A stretch of 63,738 nt of DNA, counting the filler. It is 5 parts of 5 records of this genome, joined end to end, with 100 filler letters (N's around TTAATTAATTAA, not from the genome) between each part and the next. Parts side by side here need not be neighbours in the genome. Positions count along the whole stretch, not along the records: positions 57,579 to 63,738 come from SRR31156797_1857; 4 more parts are not named here. The stretch is one strand, 5' to 3'. The translations under genes were made by a program, and so were the position numbers. The notes under the pieces are model-generated. The model saw nothing but the letters and a program-made list of their open reading frames with translations. It did not search any database and was not told where the DNA came from. Below are positions 57,580 through 63,738 of the stretch, in pieces (position 1 is the first letter of the stretch; each line of letters starts with the position of its first letter).

Positions 57580-60500
57580 TTTAAAGTACGTAATCAACCC
57601 AAAGTCAAATCTTCACTGGAGCCCAATGGCTGGAGTAGTCAACCTATACCAAAACCTGTTGAGCTGCTTGAGAAGGAACAAACCACACCAATTTCATCCG
57701 ACAAGCCACTAAGCCTTAATAAGCCGAAATTCCAAAGAAAGAACTCAGATTCACCTTTAGCTCTTCTTTCATCAACACTCCAGTCACTTGTCGACTTTGT
57801 ACTTCCCAGTGCAGCGGCAGCAGAATACCAGCAACCAGCCATACTTCCAGGGGCTTTAAGCTGCTATGCTGACCAGGCCGACTATGATGCTCATATCAAT
57901 CAGGATATGGATTTATCCCAGCCTGAACTTGAAGTTGATCAAAGCCTTGACCCAACAGCTTATGCCAAAATAACTGCGCTTGCAGCAGAGCTTGAGTATT
58001 CACCAGTAAAAATCCTTGAATATGTCACCAACAATTTGGAACATGAACATTACCTCGGTTCTGTGAAAGGTGCGCTCGGTGTTCTAACCAGTGGTGGTGG
58101 TAATGATACAGACCATGCCAGTCTAGTGATTGCACTGCTCAGGGCCTCTGGCATACCTGCCCGATATGTCCGGGGACAGATATATCTGCAGGATAAGCCG
58201 GCACACCTTGACTGGTGGAACGTTAAAGATTTTGAGGCAGCAAAAGGAGTAGTTGCCCAGGCTACAGGCACTTACCCAAACTATCAGACCACTGTTGATG
58301 GAGTATCAGCTTTTTCAACCAATCATGTCTGGGTTGAGGCATGTGTGCCCTATGGCAACTATCGAGGGAATGGACAAAGTGGAGAAAGCCATCGCTGGGT
58401 TCCACTGGATGCAAGCTTTAAACGATTTGAGCGTAGAGATGGTATTACCCAGAATGAAACTTTTGATTACGAAGCCTTTCTCTCAGAGAGAACCAAGAAG
58501 CTGCCCCATGAGGTTTATGAAGAACAGGTACTGGAACATATTCGATCCATTGATCCAAACCTGACTCTTGCTGATGTTGGAACACACTGGAACCAGAACT
58601 CATTATCTTTGGAGTTCTTACCCGATACTCTTCCCTATGCTGTAAGTTCATATACCAATTGGAGTAGTGAGATTGACGATTCCAGGTCCCCCGCACTACC
58701 TGATCTCTGGCACGCAAAAGTAAAAATACAGCTCGATGGAAATGATGCGTTTTCTATCCCCATGTCCGATTTTGCCCAGCATCGGATCACGCTCTCATTT
58801 GTGGGGGCAAATTCTACCTACAATACAAAATACCTGGAGTTTATTGACGGTGATCGAACGCTTGACTGCGGGGCTAATAATCTCGTTGTCAGGCCTGTGT
58901 TTAAAAAAGATGGCGCGCCTGTAACCATAATAGATGGTGACACTGTAACGGAACTTAAACTCTCATCGTTATCCATATGCGATGACGATGATTTCCAAAA
59001 GATAACCATGAAGGTGAAAGCCACTGTCAATAACACCACTGTCAGTGCAACTGGCGGCCCAGGCAACTACATTGAATTTGACACCATCTCTCCGTTGGAT
59101 GTTTATGCAATGAGTGCATACCCATTCAACGCCTCAGACACCTACCTGGAAGAGCGCTCAAGCAGACTTTTACATAATCTTGCAAGCGTCAGTAAGCCCT
59201 CTGAAGACATCGACGGAACCACCGGGGAGTTTCTTCATTTGGTGCTCAGCAAGTACATGCGCTATATTACCGATGCCGCCGCTGGAATTGGCCAACTGCT
59301 TGATAGCTCAGGACGCTCAGGTCACCATATAGGGGTTGCGTCCACTCACGCAGACGTGGAATACGTCTTTGACCTGCCTTATGCCATGCATTCCAATAAT
59401 TTTGTAGTTGATGTCCCTGGCGGATTAAGTAAGTCCGTTGCCATTACAGGAGGAGGACTCACTCCAAAGGTAACTAGACTGTCAGGGTACACAGCATCCC
59501 ACTACGAGAGTTATATCTGGCAGGAAATGGCACTCAAAGATGCGGTAAGTACTGTCTCTGGACTTCAAATAGCATCTTCTGAAAACAATGAGGTGAGATC
59601 ATTTACCGATAGCTCTACACTGTCCTCCTTTATCAATACATGTACCAGTCAACCAGATACAACTTCCTGGCCTTCCAATAAACCGCTTGCTCAAATGGTT
59701 ACAACCTTTCGAGCAGCAGGATTTCATAATAGTTACGATGAATCATTAAAAGATTTTTTTATAGCTAATAATGGATACTTCACCTCGTATAGTACCGAAA
59801 CACAGATTGATAATGCCTTAGCAGCAGATTTCCTGCACTGTTATCCTCAAGACTTTGTTACAAACGTAATTAATAGTAGTTTTCTCACAGGCTACACCAA
59901 CAAAGTAACTATCTCAAAATACCCCGTCAGCTATAGAAAATGGCTAGGGCCAGTTTTTGCGACGGAAAGTATCAAAGATGACGGGACCTCGTCCAGTTTT
60001 GGGTTTCCCATTGCTTCTTGGGCAGGTGGGTATACAGTCCCCACAGTCAATCCCACTATTTACTCAAGCTCACCAAGCGGTTCTTCCTCTTCAGTACCCT
60101 ACTCAACGGGATTTGACATTCCAGCCAGTGTGTCCAACACATCAACAAGTAATACTAATTCCACCGCTGTCGATATTAATTCAGGTAATAATACGGGGGT
60201 AAGTACCCATAGTGTCACTGCGTTTGACCCTGTAAACATGGTGACAGGAAATATGTACCATGAGGAAACAGACTTTAGTATTCCTACTAGGGGGTTACCG
60301 TTTCTTTTTAATCGAACCTATAACAGTAGCGCTCCAGAAGACGGCCCTCTTGGCTGGGGTTGGACCCATAGCTTCAATCAAACGGTGGAGTTTTTTGATA
60401 CCAATTCCAACACAAAATCTGACACTATTGTTTGGACAGATAGCACAGGCTCTAAAAAATACATTGAACTTGATGAATCTGTACAAAGTGTCAACGGTAT

Positions 60501-63500
60501 TCTCAACATCACCCCTGCCAAGGTTACCATTCCTGATGGTTTTTATTTCACCCTGCAACGTCCGTATACCTCAGGTGCAATAAACGACATTGAAATACGA
60601 GAAAAAAGCGGCATTACCTACCATTTCAGCCCGGTCTACGGCAGTCCTGGCAGTGTTGCCAAACTCACCCGGCTTACCGATAGAAATGGGCATACCCTTA
60701 ATTTATCGTATAGCAATAACAAGCTGACCAAAGTCACTGACCCGGACAATCGTTCGCTTGTTTTTTTGTATTACGATAACACCGACCGTATTAAATCCAT
60801 TACCCCGGACTGGGATGACACAATTTATGAGTATTTCTACGATACAAGCGATAATTTAAGCGCTTACCGCAGCCCACAGGATCGAGTCAACGGTATCGAT
60901 ACAACCACCTACAGCTATTACGATAGCAACGATGGTCCCAACCTCAACCATCGCCTGGAAAGCTTTACCTATGCCAATGGCTACCAGATGACCTTTGAGT
61001 ATTACATCAATGGTAAAGCATATCGTCACACCAATGCAGAGGGGGAAAGTGCCACATTCAGCTATAACGATTTCCGTCGGGAATCCACAACGATTGATGA
61101 AAAGGGCCGCCTCCAACGCTATATCTTTAACGAGAACGGACTCCCGGTTGAGATTACCGACACGGTTGGTGGTAAGGAGCTCTACATCTATGACGATCCC
61201 AATGACCCCATGCTCAGGACCAAGGTCATCGATGCCATGGGGTATGAAACCCAGTATAGCTATGACACCAATGCGAACCTCATCCAGACCACCCTGCCAT
61301 CTGGAGATACGGTTGTTAACTCTTACTACAACGGGTTTGGGCAACCACAACTGATCAAGAATGCAGCCGGTAATTACACCCTGCGATTCTACGATGCTGC
61401 CGGAAACCTCACCGATACCATCGCTTTTACAGCCGGGTTTGGCAGCGCAATAAACCCAGCCACCTTTGTACCTGAAGCAAACGCAAGCAATATCCTCAGC
61501 TGGACCACCATGTCCTATGATGGTAATGGGAAACTGATTGAGAGCCGTCAGGCAAAAGACTTCACAGATCCCGCTTCAGGCCCCTGGACCACCCTTGAGT
61601 ACACAGATACAGAAAACAGTACCCAAGGCATCGTGCCGACCACGATTGGTTATTTCGGTGATATTGATGGTGATGGCATTATTGATCCAGATGAGGGGCT
61701 TGGTAGTTACGAAACATCCTATGACCCCCAGGGACGGGTGCTCAACGGCTTCAATGGTGCTCTCTACCCGGTAAAGTTTTACTATGATGCAACCGGCCGT
61801 CTGCTGGAAGAAACCGATGCATTAGGTGGAACACGGACATATGGTTTAGATAGCAGCGGGCTCGTCACCGGCCAGAGCTTGCTGGCTAATATCGATGGTC
61901 AGGTTCAGCTGGTTGATAACAGCTCCGCCCTTTATGACAACGCGAACCGGCGTATTGTGTCTGCAGATAGTTCCGGGGCAGCTTCCTACTTTGAGTATGA
62001 CCAGGCGGGCAACTTAACCAAAGCCACCTCTCCGGATGGATACTCCATTTCCTTTGAGTATGATGATGCTAACCGGGTGATACGCGCTTTTGATGAGGAA
62101 GGCAACACTGTTGAGCGTACCCTTGACCTTATAGGTCGGGTAAAACAGCTCACCGACCCTAATGGGAATATTACCACCTATAGCTACTACGGGCCTGAAG
62201 AGAATGGCCGGGTTAAACGTATCACCGATGCGGAAAACAGATGGACTGAGTTCACCTACAATGCCACCGGCCAGGTGACCCTGGTTACAGATTCAGCCGG
62301 TCATGAAACCATGACCGATTACGATGCTCTGGGACGGGTTGTTCGCGTGGTGAGCCCGGTATATACCGATAGCGCACTTGGTGCTGTTCGCCCGGTAACC
62401 ACCTATGTCTATAACAGCCTCGGTCACCAGACTGACATTTATGGTGGGTATACCAATAGCCTGGGGCAAGCCTCAGCAGATGTGCTGCAAGTACAGGCCA
62501 GATATGAATACGATGACTTTGGCCGGTTACTGAAAAAATACGATGCTGCCAACAACCTGTGGGCAATAACCGAGTATGATGTCCACGGGAATCCGTTAAC
62601 CAGCATTGACCCCATGGGCCATACAACCACGTCCACCTATGGTTTTGGTGGGATACTGGAAAGTCAGACCACAACTGGTCCTGCTGGTACGGAATCCATA
62701 ACCTATGAACACAATCCTCTTGGTCAACCGACCCAGATCAGCTCCAACAACGTTACCTATACCTACCAATATGACGTTGCCCATCGGCTCCAGAAAGTAA
62801 CCGATAGCCGTGGTGATAACTTCATTGAGTATGATTACTCCATCGGCGGGCTGCTCAACTCCATTACCGACAACCATGGCAACTCAGCGGCCTACCTCTA
62901 TGACCCGGTTGGCAGACTAACCGGCATCCGTACCCCTGACCAGGGGTTGATCAGCTATGTGTATGATGCTGGTGGCCGACTGATCCAGAAAGCCTTCCCC
63001 AATGACCTGACAACCGGCTATGCGTATTTCAAGGATAACCGGGTCAAATCCATCACCACCACCAACGGCTCAACTGAGCTGATCAATAATCAGTACACCT
63101 ATAATGCCAGTGGTGATACAGCTACCGCATCGCTTGCCCTTTCAGGCGTTACCCAAAACCGCAGCTATACCTATGACGGCCTGGGCAGGTTGGTCAAGGA
63201 AATCGATGCAGATAACGATGTTGATCTGGATCAGCTCAGTTATGACCCCTTTGGAAATCGGCGAACCCGGACTACAGATGGGACCACCTATTACTACAAC
63301 CATAACAGTCTCCACCAGATAGAGGATATCAGGACCGGCTCTGGTGCAGGCACGGTGGTTGGCTCCTTCAGCTACGATACCAACGGCAACATGACCGGGA
63401 AGACCTTTACCGGTGAAACCACCACCATTGGGTATGATGCGTTGGACCGGGTTGTGAGTGTAGCCAAAGGTGGGCTGGATACGGAACAGTATGGATATGA

Positions 63501-63738
63501 CCATGGCATTCGAAGGATCTCAAAAACCGTAGGCTCAACCACCACCAATTACCATTACAGTGGCCCGGATATCCTGGGTGAATACTCAACAGATTGGTCT
63601 ACACCCCTGGCACTTTATGCCCATGGAGCAGCCATGGATGATCCTCTGGTACGGATAGTTGGAGGGACTCCATCTTACTACCACGGCGATGGGTTAGGCT
63701 CTGTGGTCGGAATGAGTAACAGCAGTGGTGCTCTGGTT
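57580..63738 (+). CDS. Giant RHS/YD-repeat protein with an N-terminal transglutaminase-like domain and DUF6531 (both ends missing)
   Basis: Frame +1 is open across the contig (2053 codons; I found no stop); GNDTDHASLVIALLRASGIPARYVRG, HVWVEA, WVPLDASFK; DPVNMVTGNMYHEETD..RTYNS..GWGWTHS; many YD..GR repeats; ends YYHGDGLGSVVGMS. Confidence 0.88.

Noticed and set aside
57639-63589. About 20 short ORFs listed by the track in contig 5
   Set aside because: Shadows or out-of-frame pieces of the single long +1 RHS frame.

Overview
The window is not one continuous locus. It is five unrelated contigs joined by artificial 100-nt spacers (N44-TTAATTAATTAA-N44). (1) 1-17570: an AT-rich alginate-utilisation locus from a diderm, possibly Fusobacteriota (inference). 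It encodes an AlgQ-like binding lipoprotein, two ABC permeases, a beta-barrel porin, a DEH reductase, two heparinase II/III-type oligo-alginate lyases (one apparently starting at CTG), a membrane AraC regulator, KdgF and a CBM32/beta-helix/PL7 lyase. (2) 17671-35050: the end of a Firmicutes-type integrative element. It begins with the 3' half of a tRNA-Ala(GGC) and arm-like repeats (att site). Next comes an 8-gene operon I cannot assign to any named system: a membrane protein, an HTH protein, a membrane-anchored GrpE-like protein, a divergent Hsp70, an unknown protein, a Ycf46-type AAA ATPase, an HEXXH peptidase and a small partner. An AraC/ABC/ECF uptake cluster follows, with one gene frameshifted by a 7-bp duplication. 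The 8-gene operon is the best candidate for an undescribed system. (3) 35151-49225: housekeeping genes (ppk2/pap, DUF1566, PilZ, two PHP phosphatases, HAD, YchJ, gnd-zwf-pgl, a deiminase) with three Pho-box-like promoters. (4) 49326-57478: a Campylobacterota/Arcobacter-like segment (OlsF-like acyltransferase, two-component system, Fur-boxed TonB receptor). (5) 57579-63738: one uninterrupted frame of more than 2000 codons, missed by the ORF track, encoding a Cys-less transglutaminase-like domain, DUF6531 and RHS/YD repeats. All family calls come from motif recognition by eye; no searches were run.
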